A DNA stretch of 64,000 nucleotides from Candidatus Daviesbacteria bacterium (GTDB lineage Bacteria; Patescibacteriota; Microgenomatia; Daviesbacterales; UBA10151): NCBI GenBank assembly GCA_016186955.1, contig JACPKP010000002.1:5566-69565 (forward strand). Direction: 5' to 3'. The notes below the pieces were generated by a model, which made no database searches, was not told the origin of the DNA, and saw nothing but the letters and a program-made list of their open reading frames with translations. Of this stretch, positions 1 through 9,935 are shown in pieces (the stretch's first letter is position 1; each line of letters starts with the position of its first letter). The translations under genes were made by a program, and so were the position numbers.

Positions 1-1736
1 TTGCCCTGCAGGTCTTCCTGGGCTTTCTTGCGCAGATCAGAGGTAAGGGAAGCTAACAGTTTTTTCTGGTCTTCAGTTGTAACAACAGTCACATCCTTGC
101 TTATCCCACCCGAAAAAGCATTGTCTGATTTAGCGCTGTAAGACGAAGTTGGTTGGTCTTTAATGGCCAGTTCGGAGCCTGCCGGCAGATTACTATCAGG
201 CCCGATTTTTACAGCTGTGACATTACCCGCCTGCTTGCCAAATGCGATACCTCCTTCAACAGCGGAAGATGAAGCAACACTAACTGATGAGTCCAAAGTA
301 AATGCCAAACCATGGGCATCCGTCAAAATTGTACCCTGTGAGAATGTTTTGGGTGCAGATGTTTTGTTATAAATTAAAATATTACCTCTGGCAGGATCCC
401 CGATCTGCTTTTTACCGGAAGCAGTCCCCTTCAAAGACCCTGTCACCGTAGTTTCAACCACCTTTCCCGGGATAGTTTTTTCTGCTTCATTAATCTGGCT
501 AAGCCCAGGGTCAGCCACCACAGTTGATTCCTTTTCCAGCACCCGTAAATCAATGAAAACCGTCACTTTACTTTTTGGTAAAAAAAGGAAGGCTGCAACA
601 ATCAGCATAAGCGCCAAAACTGGAAAAATTATGGCATATTTGGTAAAAAATAACGGTAATTTTTTTGCCGGGAAAAAAGGTAAGGCCAAATATTTTTGAA
701 TTTTTTGGAAAATAGAAGATGGGTAAATATCAACCCTGTTTGCAGGTAAATAACGCTCCCTGCCTTCTCCGGGCAAATTAAACTCCGGCCTCCGTCCATC
801 ACCAAAAGACTCCTCATCTGAGATATCCCCCACCACAAAATTTAAATCCTGCACCGGGTTTGATTTTTTCGCTTCATGCCCTTTAAGTTGGATGTCAGTT
901 GCATGAAATGACAGATGTGGATTAATCTCAGCAGCGCCGGCCAAACAGACCGACATTGAACCGGTTTCCGGTTCCAGTATCTCAATTTTCGGGAGGTGTA
1001 AAAAAGGCAACTGCGACATCCAAGGGAAAGATGAAAGCTCATCCTTGAATTTTTCAGCAGACCCGCCTGTCTGTCTGCCCTGTCTGCCATCAGGCAGGGC
1101 GTCAGGCAGTTCGTCAGATCCGGATAACTTTTGGCTGCCTGTTTGGATATTGTGGATCAAGATCTTAGAGGGAAGTACTTCAATATCTTCAAATGTTAAA
1201 AGGGCTTTTTCTATATCTTCAGGCAAATTGCCAGACCTTTTTTGTTCCTTTGTGGCAACAATTTTCCCGGCCTTGATAACACTCACTGTTAACGGATCTG
1301 CCACTTCTACCAAAACCGCCGTCAAGGGAATCCCGTGAAGTTTTTGCAGATAATGGGCAATTGCCTGTACAGTTGAAACATACGCCATAGGAGCCAAACC
1401 AAGGTCTTTAACCATCTGTTTTAATGTTTTAAGGCATTCGGGTTTTAGGCTGTCATCCACCAACCATGACTGCGGGACACCAAACAGGATTTTTTCAGGT
1501 TCAGGCTGAAAATCAGCCAAGGCTGTATCCAGGGCAAGATTAGCAGCCTGGGTTAACTTTTCACCGGAAGCATATTTTTCCGTACTTTCTGAAATAACCT
1601 GGAGCCTATTGCCTGCAATACCCCAAAGCATGGCTTCAACTCTTTCAGGACCGATATTTAAGGCGAAAAAATACTTATCTGTTGAGGGTTTTTTTGAAAA
1701 AGGCAGGAGGTTGGACAGGTTACTCAGTAAACTCAT
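1..1736 (-). CDS. CPR membrane protein with baseplate J/gp47-like C-terminal region; runs off the left edge
   Basis: Manually translated open frame MSLLSNLSNLLPFSKKP..., with a TM segment (YAIIFPVLALMLIVAAFLFLP) then ARGNILIYN...FTLDSSV...IGPDSNLPAG...FSGG. Absent from the ORF track because it has no stop in the window. Confidence 0.7.
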   Translation of the reverse strand, partial: MSLLSNLSNLLPFSKKPSTDKYFFALNIGPERVEAMLWGIAGNRLQVISESTEKYASGEKLTQAANLALDTALADFQPEPEKILFGVPQSWLVDDSLKPECLKTLKQMVKDLGLAPMAYVSTVQAIAHYLQKLHGIPLTAVLVEVADPLTVSVIKAGKIVATKEQKRSGNLPEDIEKALLTFEDIEVLPSKILIHNIQTGSQKLSGSDELPDALPDGRQGRQTGGSAEKFKDELSSFPWMSQLPFLHLPKIEILEPETGSMSVCLAGAAEINPHLSFHATDIQLKGHEAKKSNPVQDLNFVVGDISDEESFGDGRRPEFNLPGEGRERYLPANRVDIYPSSIFQKIQKYLALPFFPAKKLPLFFTKYAIIFPVLALMLIVAAFLFLPKSKVTVFIDLRVLEKESTVVADPGLSQINEAEKTIPGKVVETTVTGSLKGTASGKKQIGDPARGNILIYNKTSAPKTFSQGTILTDAHGLAFTLDSSVSVASSSAVEGGIAFGKQAGNVTAVKIGPDSNLPAGSELAIKDQPTSSYSAKSDNAFSGGISKDVTVVTTEDQKKLLASLTSDLRKKAQEDLQG

Positions 1737-1812
1737 ATAGAAAATCAGCCTGCTTAAAACAAGCCTCTGGGTTTATATTAACATACTCTGCAAAAATGGT
1801 ATACTTCTTGCT

Positions 1813-3201
1813 GTGAAATCTTCTAAAGTTAGGCAAAAATATTTTGATTTTTTTACAAAAAAAGGGCACAAATTAACGCCTTCTTCCTCCATTATTCCGT
1901 CTGACCCCACCACCCTTTTTACATCCGCTGGCATGCAACCCATGATCCCCTATCTTTTGGGTGAGGCCCATCCCCAGGGCAAAAGGATAGTCAACTCCCA
2001 AAAGTGTTTCCGCTCCCAGGACATTATGGAGGTTGGAGACAACCGCCATACCACTTTTTTTGAGATGCTGGGCAACTGGTCTTTTGGGGACTATTTTAAA
2101 AAAGAGCAGCTGGGTTGGGTTTTTGAATTTTTAACAAAGGATTTAGGGCTTGATCCCAACAAGCTTTATGTGACTGCATTTGAGGGCAACGGGCAGATCC
2201 CCAAAGATAGGGAGACAGTAGAGATCTGGCAGGAGCTTTTTAAAACTGCAGGGATTGAGGCAAAATTAAATGAGAGAATTTTTCTCTACGGCGCTGCCAA
2301 AAACTGGTGGACCAGGGCGGATTCTCCGGAATCTATGCCTGAGGGTGAACCGGGCGGGCCTGACTCTGAAGTGTTTTATCTGTTTGACCAGATTACCCAT
2401 GACCCAAAGTTTGGCAAAAAGTGCCATCCGAATTGTGATTGCGGCAGGTTTTTGGAAATTGCCAACTCGGTTTTTATGCAGTACCAGAAAAAAGATAAAG
2501 GTTTTATAGAACTTCCCCAAAAAAATGTTGATTTCGGCGGGGGTCTGGAGAGGTTGGTAGCAGCTTGTCAAAACCAACCTGATATTTTCAAAATAGACCT
2601 GTTTTGGCCTATTATTGAAAAGCTTAAAGAGGATCTCCGGGTTGAATATGGTGATGGTCAAAATTCCACAGCCTCACTGAGGGTTATTGCAGACCATATC
2701 AAAGCTGCCACATTTTTAATCAAGGATGGGGTTACACCTTCCAATAAGATGCAGGGGTATGTTTTAAGAAGGTTGCTCCGCCGCTGTGCTGTAAAAATCC
2801 ATGCATTACCGCAAGGCCGTCCTGCACGAAGTGCGGACGGGAGTCTAAATGACTCCCGGGCCTGGGAGGCTAATGATATATTACCTAAACTGGTAGACCC
2901 TATCATTGATATATACCAAGAAACGGATTACTTCCAAACAGGGGATTGGGATCAGATCAGACAAACTATCGCAGAAGAACTAATTAAATTCAAGCAAACA
3001 TTAAAAAGAGGTTTGAGACAAATTAAAAAGATTGACAAAGTCACGGGCAAAAATGCATTTGATCTTTACCAAAGTTATGGCTTTCCTTTTGAACTCATCG
3101 AGGAGCTGTTTTTAGAAAAAGGGCAAAAAGTAAGCAGGGAGGAGTTTGACAAAGAGTTTAAAAAACACCAAGAGTTATCCCATCAGGGTTCTTTTTTGTA
3201 A
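1813..3201 (+). CDS. alaS: Alanine--tRNA ligase, short form (aminoacylation module only)
   Basis: Motifs DPTTLFTSAGMQP, HTTFFEMLGNWSFGDYFK, VDFGGGLERL, IADH, GYVLRRLLRR, AFDLYQSYGFP. Confidence 0.95.
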   Translation: MKSSKVRQKYFDFFTKKGHKLTPSSSIIPSDPTTLFTSAGMQPMIPYLLGEAHPQGKRIVNSQKCFRSQDIMEVGDNRHTTFFEMLGNWSFGDYFKKEQLGWVFEFLTKDLGLDPNKLYVTAFEGNGQIPKDRETVEIWQELFKTAGIEAKLNERIFLYGAAKNWWTRADSPESMPEGEPGGPDSEVFYLFDQITHDPKFGKKCHPNCDCGRFLEIANSVFMQYQKKDKGFIELPQKNVDFGGGLERLVAACQNQPDIFKIDLFWPIIEKLKEDLRVEYGDGQNSTASLRVIADHIKAATFLIKDGVTPSNKMQGYVLRRLLRRCAVKIHALPQGRPARSADGSLNDSRAWEANDILPKLVDPIIDIYQETDYFQTGDWDQIRQTIAEELIKFKQTLKRGLRQIKKIDKVTGKNAFDLYQSYGFPFELIEELFLEKGQKVSREEFDKEFKKHQELSHQGSFL

Positions 3202-3280
3202 GGTTCTCTCATAATCACATGCCCTACAACTTTTAGTAAACTCATGCATTCTCCCAACCCTTCATCAGTCAAGAATTGTT

Positions 3281-3712
3281 TTAAAGGCCAATCCTGTACT
3301 CCCTGCCTCCCCATTCACCTAAATCAGCAAAACAATCCAATTTTGGTCTTTTTAGCGCTGGCTCAATATAGAACTTGCCAGAACCCCTATATAATTTATT
3401 GAAATATCTTGCGTAGGTATTTGGATAAATTTCTCCACGAGGAAATTTCTTCCAGATACCAAAATGAAAAACCCAAGTTTCGTTGTCTCTTTTGGGCGAA
3501 GGCACACTTTCTGTCCCCAATGCAAAAGCGCTGTCATATCTGTTATTTCTCAATACCATCCCCCAGTCTAATTTAAAAAGCCGCCAAAACTCTTGTAAGC
3601 TCCACGGGCTAGTCTTTTGCCGCCAAAACTCTGCAACAACCTTATCCCCATCCTCTTCCCTCCATTTGATTGCCCTTTCAAAAAGTTCTGTAAAAAACTC
3701 TTGTTCCCGCAT
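3281..3712 (-). CDS. Hypothetical protein, possibly frameshifted near its 3' end
   Basis: 143-aa ORF with TATAAT upstream; a second frame stays open to about 3184. Confidence 0.5.
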   Translation of the reverse strand: MREQEFFTELFERAIKWREEDGDKVVAEFWRQKTSPWSLQEFWRLFKLDWGMVLRNNRYDSAFALGTESVPSPKRDNETWVFHFGIWKKFPRGEIYPNTYARYFNKLYRGSGKFYIEPALKRPKLDCFADLGEWGGREYRIGL

Positions 3713-3755
3713 ATCTACATCGGATTATAACAATTAAATTACCAGAAACAAGAGG

Positions 3756-4034
3756 TCATATTTTCTTACGCCCTTTTGGGAGGAAGATTGTCAATAAATC
3801 TTTTATCATACCCAGGGAATTTTTAGCTAAAAATGCCAGTATCGAGGCAATAACTATTTTCGAAGGCAAATCCACCCTTCTGGCGACATACTCTGTTTCT
3901 TCCATAATCTTATCTGCTTTCTTCAGCCCCCGTTTGATGGTAAAAAAAATCGCTAAAAGGATTAAAGCAATTACTGCAAAAATTACAATCCATAAGGAAA
4001 CAAGTATGACCAGTAGCGATTCTAAAATACCCAT
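3756..4034 (-). CDS. Small membrane protein
   Basis: 92 aa, long N-terminal TM helix; TATGAT 6 nt upstream of ATG. Confidence 0.7.
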   Translation of the reverse strand: MGILESLLVILVSLWIVIFAVIALILLAIFFTIKRGLKKADKIMEETEYVARRVDLPSKIVIASILAFLAKNSLGMIKDLLTIFLPKGRKKI

Positions 4035-4072
4035 ATTTTTATCATAACTTTTTCTTTTTCACTTTGCACTTT

Positions 4073-4711
4073 TCACTTTCTGACAAACACTGTCCTGTCA
4101 ATTTTTGTCATCTGCCCAAATTTGCCTGTTGCAATAACAGATACTATATTCGCTGAAGATGAAAGCTTGATCTCTTCCTGAAAATGGCCCTCTTTGTCAA
4201 CACCTATCTCCTGGTTGTTAACCAAAACCTTATTATCAGGGTCGGTATTGCCCGCAACCATCACTGCGGGGATCTCAACAGATTGGCCTTCTGTTGGGCT
4301 GGTAACTGCTAAGTTAGGTGAACCGACAAACTGCCTGTACTCCAACCAAAGATAGGTAAAAAAACCTAAAATAATTAAAGTCAAAGTAAGCCACACCACC
4401 CTGGATGGGGTGATACGGAACCTGTTTTCACTAATCGGCTTGGAAAAACTCTCCAGCACTACCGGAGGATGTTTTCTGCCCTCAAAATCCCGTCTGAAAA
4501 CCGCCAGCAGTTTTGAAGCATCCAGACCAAGAAATTTGCCATAATTTTTAATAAACCCCTGTATAAAAGTTGCTGGAGGGAGCTTGGAGTAATCACTCTC
4601 CTCCAGGGCTTGTAATAGCTCTTTTCTGATCTTGGTGGTTTTCTCAACGTTTTCTAGGGTAAGCAGTTTATTTTCCCTGGTTTCTCTCAAAATCTGCCCA
4701 ACAGTTCTCAT
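4073..4711 (-). CDS. RodZ-like protein: XRE-type HTH, TM helix, Ig-like domain
   Basis: VGQILRETRE...TKIRKELLQALEESDYSKLP...FIQGFIKNYGKFLGLD, then a TM helix and a beta-rich C-terminus. Confidence 0.8.
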   Translation of the reverse strand: MRTVGQILRETRENKLLTLENVEKTTKIRKELLQALEESDYSKLPPATFIQGFIKNYGKFLGLDASKLLAVFRRDFEGRKHPPVVLESFSKPISENRFRITPSRVVWLTLTLIILGFFTYLWLEYRQFVGSPNLAVTSPTEGQSVEIPAVMVAGNTDPDNKVLVNNQEIGVDKEGHFQEEIKLSSSANIVSVIATGKFGQMTKIDRTVFVRK

Positions 4712-4817
4712 TAAAATGAATTATACCAGTTTTCACTCCTGCTCCAACACTTAAGTCTTAACTTATACAAAATATTGCAATACCTATTTTTATAGGGTAT
4801 AATCCTTTTTTGCAAAT

Positions 4818-7800
4818 ATGGACAAAGAGAAAAACACATCGTGGCATAAAATCTTCTTTTATGAATCCGAGCTGAAAAAGTCTTGGGGCATCAAACACTA
4901 TATTCAGGATTTCAAAATACCTATCTTTGATAGCTACAAACAAGCAGTCAAACTGCCAGTTGTTGACGCAGAACAACCCAATGAAAACATCCCGGAACCA
5001 AACGAAGAAATCATCAACAGAAGAAAAGAGATTACAAGGAAGATATCTGAGCAGCAGGAGATAGCCAGACAGGCAATATTTATAGCCAGATCAAAAGGTA
5101 TGCTTGATGAAGAATATACAAAACATAAAGAAGCCTTAATCAAAATTGCCCTTGAGGACCAGTTCCCAAGGATAAGAAGAGAAGCAGCGGTACAATTGAC
5201 GTTTCTTGCTAATTCCGAGTCTGATGGAGAACTCGTCAGGCATATGGCTACTTTAACCCGCAGAATTATCCGCCAAAAAGGGCAAATAGCTAAACTTAGC
5301 ACTGAACAGTCTTTGGCTGTCAGAACCAGCTGTTCTTTAAGTGATTCTTACGCCCAAAGGTCTGCAGTCCAGCTGGCAACCGCAGAGGTTTTAGATCCCA
5401 GGATCAGAAAACTGGTCTTAACAAGACTGCTGAAAGCAGGTATTTTTGACGGTTACAGTGGTGTGTCAAAGTTTATCAGTAATCACATTTTTAGAGACAG
5501 CAGAGATATCCAATGGGACAGGCTAAAACCCTTCACAACTTTATACTCCCACCCAAGCAAAGGGCTCCGCGTTTCAGCCCTTAGATCAATCGAAAAGAAA
5601 ATGGAAAATACCGGTCTTTGGCTGGCAGATGGTATCACCAGCTACCGGGATAAAACACCAAATATCCCTGAGGAAGCATTTTTACAAATACTCATCGCTT
5701 CCGAAGAAAGCGACCTACCAATCAAAAGGTTTGACTTATTATTTCAACTGGCAAATAAAAACCGGGCTATTTTAGAAGAATTAACCCTCCTTATTACATC
5801 TTTCCTGGAAGAAAAAGGTATCCGGGAAAATAATTTTTACGGCTATTCCTGGGTTTTGCGCGCACTTTTGCATAATAACCCAAAACCAGAATCATTACCT
5901 CTCCTGCTTAGCTGCCTTAAGAGATCGCTTTTTCTGTTAAAACAAACGCATGACAACCGGGATGACTGTCTTAAATTCTTAATTTCTCTATATGACCCGT
6001 CAGGGAAAAAATCTATTACAGCACGGAGAAATTACTACGGTATTGAGTGGCCATTACCAAGGGATACAAAACCACCTGCTCTTAAGATAATTAATCAAAC
6101 TTTAGACAAGCATATACTTGAGCTTGTACAAAAAATTCTGCCTAAAAAGGGTTTAAAACCTGAAAACATTGTGCAGATTAGTTCTGTTTGGGGTGGCATG
6201 GAACCTTTTTTGATCTATGTATCTAAACTAAAAAGCTGCAACTCAACATTCTACCAAGACATCATAAGCCTTATGGGTAAAGTCATAGCCCATACAGATC
6301 CTCCTACTTTCAAGGCATGGAAAAAGTGGCGTTATAACCTAAAGAATAAAAAAGTCAAAGAACAGGTTGGGTTTTTGGAAAGTGAAAGTCTAGACGCATA
6401 TGCAAATGATTATATGCTGAATGCTTCAGACATACTAAACAACAATTTACCTGAATTGATAACTAAAACCAAGGTTATTTTTGAGCAGTTTTTATCCTGC
6501 CCTGAAAAGTTTGTGCCAGAATCTGTTTCAAGTCAACTGGCATGTTTTCTGGCAGAGTATCGACCTTCAGACAGTAACTTTGAGTACATGGCAAAAATTG
6601 AAATATCGCGGAAAGAAGAATTACTCGGGGTTTTTACTAAATATATTACCTTAAAAGGTGACCTTGAACTTGCAAAACGTGCTGAAAAAAGTATTCAGGA
6701 GCTAAATGCATCGGCAGCCCAAAAAAGGGTGGCTATGGGAAAAGCCGGATTCTCTCACCTTAAAACAACCGGACAGATCCATGCTGAGATTGAAAGAATT
6801 AGGAAACGGTTGGGCGCTGAAAATGAAATTAAGGTGAAAAACCTTGCTGCAAACGGTGTTATTAAAAAATATGTACAAGCCAAAAACCATCTGGAGTATT
6901 TAAATTCCAAAAACATTCAACCATCAAGCGAAGATTTAGCTAATCTTTCATTGCTTCAAAACCAACTTATTAACACCCTGGGTAACGGGTTTGAAAATCT
7001 GCTGAGGGATTATCAAAGCATAGCTTTCTTGACTGCCAACCTGCCAAAGGATATCGACCCTCAACTGGCAAGCTTCTTAGAGAGGTATGCATTAACAAAG
7101 CCTTCGCATCAAAAAAGGATTGGGGTTGTAGAAGTTTTGATCCGGGAAAAACTCAGGGAGTTAGTTGACGATTTAGAGTATTGCTATCAAAGAAGATTTA
7201 TAAAACCCATACTGGATTCAGATGATAAAGAAGTCTACAAAACCATAAAAAATTTGAAGATACAAAAAGAGCTGTTTTCTTTGCTTGCTGCAAATCCTTC
7301 GACTTTATCTGTAGCACAGTTTACAGAAAAATTAGAGTTTGTTAAAAAACAGTTAAGTGAATTTAATGAGTTAGACGAAAAACTGGCATCTATTCAGGAA
7401 AGCCTGAGAAAAGAAAACCCCGGGCAAGATAACCACTTACTTTTTGTATTTACTGACAATCCACTGGTATGCCTCACTGTGGGAAAATATCCTGAGGGAG
7501 CTGTTTCATGCCAGAGCTACTGGCAGAGCAGTACAACTTTAGCAGCCTACCCAGCTGATGCAATGACCAAGCTATGCCTTTTGATCGACAAAAATAATCT
7601 GCCAGAAGATGTGGCCGAAAAACTGACCTGTGCAACAACCAATGAAGAAAAGTTAGAAATATTCAATAATAATACTTATGCTTTTTTAGAAGCAATGATC
7701 GCCAGAAGAGTCACTAAAATTGTCCGTGATGACCAAAGCCAGGAAGCCTGCATATTCCTTGAGCCGGTTTATACAAGCCATAATCAAACACTAATGACTA

Positions 7801-8015
7801 AACATTTGAACAAGTTTGCTTTAGGTTTTCTTAACCCTAAAACAGGTTTGAATTTGGTACGCGGCGGAGGAAATATGCAAGTTAAAGTCGCATCCAGCCG
7901 CAATCAATACCAATATGAGGATGGTGAAAAAGGTGGTCCCCAAAATGGGGGGATAGGTACTAAAGAAGGAGAATATACTATGCCTGCCCAATACTTACAA
8001 GCTATAGATTTTTGA
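4818..8015 (+). CDS. Large hypothetical protein (1065 aa), helical/HEAT-like N-terminus, SCQ-motif C-terminal domain
   Basis: Long ORF with TATAAT at 4798-4803; no family recognised with confidence. Confidence 0.75.
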   Translation: MDKEKNTSWHKIFFYESELKKSWGIKHYIQDFKIPIFDSYKQAVKLPVVDAEQPNENIPEPNEEIINRRKEITRKISEQQEIARQAIFIARSKGMLDEEYTKHKEALIKIALEDQFPRIRREAAVQLTFLANSESDGELVRHMATLTRRIIRQKGQIAKLSTEQSLAVRTSCSLSDSYAQRSAVQLATAEVLDPRIRKLVLTRLLKAGIFDGYSGVSKFISNHIFRDSRDIQWDRLKPFTTLYSHPSKGLRVSALRSIEKKMENTGLWLADGITSYRDKTPNIPEEAFLQILIASEESDLPIKRFDLLFQLANKNRAILEELTLLITSFLEEKGIRENNFYGYSWVLRALLHNNPKPESLPLLLSCLKRSLFLLKQTHDNRDDCLKFLISLYDPSGKKSITARRNYYGIEWPLPRDTKPPALKIINQTLDKHILELVQKILPKKGLKPENIVQISSVWGGMEPFLIYVSKLKSCNSTFYQDIISLMGKVIAHTDPPTFKAWKKWRYNLKNKKVKEQVGFLESESLDAYANDYMLNASDILNNNLPELITKTKVIFEQFLSCPEKFVPESVSSQLACFLAEYRPSDSNFEYMAKIEISRKEELLGVFTKYITLKGDLELAKRAEKSIQELNASAAQKRVAMGKAGFSHLKTTGQIHAEIERIRKRLGAENEIKVKNLAANGVIKKYVQAKNHLEYLNSKNIQPSSEDLANLSLLQNQLINTLGNGFENLLRDYQSIAFLTANLPKDIDPQLASFLERYALTKPSHQKRIGVVEVLIREKLRELVDDLEYCYQRRFIKPILDSDDKEVYKTIKNLKIQKELFSLLAANPSTLSVAQFTEKLEFVKKQLSEFNELDEKLASIQESLRKENPGQDNHLLFVFTDNPLVCLTVGKYPEGAVSCQSYWQSSTTLAAYPADAMTKLCLLIDKNNLPEDVAEKLTCATTNEEKLEIFNNNTYAFLEAMIARRVTKIVRDDQSQEACIFLEPVYTSHNQTLMTKHLNKFALGFLNPKTGLNLVRGGGNMQVKVASSRNQYQYEDGEKGGPQNGGIGTKEGEYTMPAQYLQAIDF

Positions 8016-8053
8016 CTTTAATAAATTTTTGTGTTAAAACATAGCAGATTTAC

Positions 8054-9184
8054 ATGTCTAACAAGGAATTAAATCATAATTTCCAACTTGACCCGCTGCT
8101 TTGGGATCTGAACCTGCGCATCCCCGGCCCCACCCCCTGTCCTCCCCAGGTTTTAAAAGCGATGAGCCATCCGATGGTCAATCACAGAAGCGCTAATTAT
8201 TTCATACCGCTGGCAAGAAGTATTTCACAGGATTTACAAATTTTTTTCAAAACAAAAAATGAGGTGATGGTGCCGACAAGTTCTGGCACCGGGGGAATGG
8301 AAGCTGCTGTTGTAAACCTTCTCTCCCCCGGAGACAAAGTTTTGGGTGTATCAATGGGCTATTTCGGCGACAGGCTTGCCAGGATAGCCAAAGCATTCGG
8401 TGCGGATGTCAGGTTGATGCAGGTTGAATGGGGCAAAGCAGCTGATCCTGATAGTATCAAAAAGGAGCTGAAAAAATACAGCTCAATCAAGGCAGTGCTT
8501 ATCACCCATAATGAAACGTCAACAGGCGTGACAAACGACCTTAAGGCAGTTGCAAAAGTAGCCAAGGGGTTTGACAAACTGCTGATTGTAGATGCTGTTT
8601 CAAGCATCCCGGGAATAGATATGGAGATGGACAAATGGGGTATCGATTCTGTCTGTACTGCATCACAAAAAGGCTGGATGACACCCCCTGGTTTGGCTTT
8701 CGTTGCTTTAAGCAAAACAGGCTGGAAGGCATATAAAACTTCCAAGATGAGTAAGTATTATTTCAACTTAGGGCGGTTTATTGACTATGAAAACCCGGGC
8801 AATATACCCCAAACTCCTGCTGTCTCGCTGTATTTTGCCTTAAATGTTGCACTCAAGGTTTTAAAAAAAGAGGGACATGACAATCTCATTGCCCGGCACA
8901 AAAAACTTGCCAAAAAAGTCCGCGACGGGGCTAAAAACATGGGCCTTGAGCTGGTAGCTGATGAAGCTCACGCCTCAGACACCGTCACTGCCATCTATAT
9001 CCCGGAAAAGATTGGTGCAGGACATGTGATCAGGGAATTGGAAAAAAGAAAAGTGGTGGTGGCAGGTGGTATGGGTGCACTGGCAGGGAAAATCATCCGG
9101 ATCGGGCATATGGGTTATGTAAACGATAAAGAGATAGATGAAACCTTAAAAACCTTAGAGGAATCAATTAAGAATTTTAGCTAA
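8054..9184 (+). CDS. Class V PLP aminotransferase (alanine-glyoxylate / serine-pyruvate type)
   Basis: IPGPTP, SSGTGGMEAA, THNETSTGV, DAVSS, SQKG (PLP lysine), RIGHMG. Confidence 0.92.
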   Translation: MSNKELNHNFQLDPLLWDLNLRIPGPTPCPPQVLKAMSHPMVNHRSANYFIPLARSISQDLQIFFKTKNEVMVPTSSGTGGMEAAVVNLLSPGDKVLGVSMGYFGDRLARIAKAFGADVRLMQVEWGKAADPDSIKKELKKYSSIKAVLITHNETSTGVTNDLKAVAKVAKGFDKLLIVDAVSSIPGIDMEMDKWGIDSVCTASQKGWMTPPGLAFVALSKTGWKAYKTSKMSKYYFNLGRFIDYENPGNIPQTPAVSLYFALNVALKVLKKEGHDNLIARHKKLAKKVRDGAKNMGLELVADEAHASDTVTAIYIPEKIGAGHVIRELEKRKVVVAGGMGALAGKIIRIGHMGYVNDKEIDETLKTLEESIKNFS

Positions 9185-9515
9185 ATTCTTGAAGAACGTC
9201 GCCCGGTACGTCTGCCACTCAAACTCTTGTGTGATTCAAGTCTGTCACTTCTATGTTCTCCTAATATTCGGTAATAATTAGGGATTCCGGCATCTTGCAA
9301 CTTTCCATGCATCTCTAAATCGTCATAAAATGGATATTCTTTAAAAAATAAGGTATAGACTGTATTCAAAACTGCATCTTTAAAAAGCATTCTTCCACTT
9401 ATTAAATCTTTACGATTTGTTTCAACTCTTTTGTTTTGGCGTAAATCCTACCTTCTTTAGCCAATCTTTGATAATATAAACCATCATCCTTTTGTGATTC
9501 GCTGCCAAAACTCAT
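9181..9515 (-). pseudogene. Frameshifted orphan gene
   Basis: Promoter TTGACT-N17-TATGAT (9550-9522) 6 nt before ATG 9515. The frame stops after about 31 codons and a shifted frame continues into the 9181-9390 ORF. Confidence 0.5.
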
Positions 9516-9567
9516 GAGGCAATCATAAGACACGCGTCTATTAAAGTCAATAGACCCAATGTCAACT

Positions 9568-9908
9568 GTAACTAGTTAGTATTTCCCAGTAAACTGTCAT
9601 CCTGAGCGTAGCGAAGGATATATATTTCATTATATTCTTCGGCTTTCAGCCTCAAAAGAGGACGCCTTTTGATCCTATAACGCTTTTGATCCTATAATCA
9701 ACCAACCGCCCCTTCCCTGCTCATAGCTAGTAGCCTGTTTAACTCAACTGACTACTACCATAAAGAGTATGTGTCAACGTAACCCACCCCCCAGGTGTAT
9801 TAGCTTGGCACCCTATCTTTTTTAACAATTTTAACCACTTGAAAGGTGGCGCTGCTGGAAAAAACTGAGTTAATACAAATTACTTACTGGAGATAACTGA
9901 ATAGTTAC
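9568..9908. mobile_element. Non-autonomous IS66-type element (MITE), 341 bp
   Basis: 25-nt terminal inverted repeats beginning GTAACTA (19/25 match), abutted by an exact 8-bp direct repeat TGTCAACT at 9560-9567 and 9909-9916. Confidence 0.75.
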
Positions 9909-9935
9909 TGTCAACTCTATAGATCTGATCTTAAT

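Noticed and set aside
1-1736. Prophage or contractile injection system suggested by the baseplate-J-like domain
   Set aside because: It is a single membrane-anchored gene among housekeeping genes, with no other tail, sheath or capsid genes in view.
9560-9935. tmRNA, RNase P, SRP or 6S RNA in the long intergenic gap
   Set aside because: I found none of their signature motifs; TIRs plus a target duplication explain the gap better.
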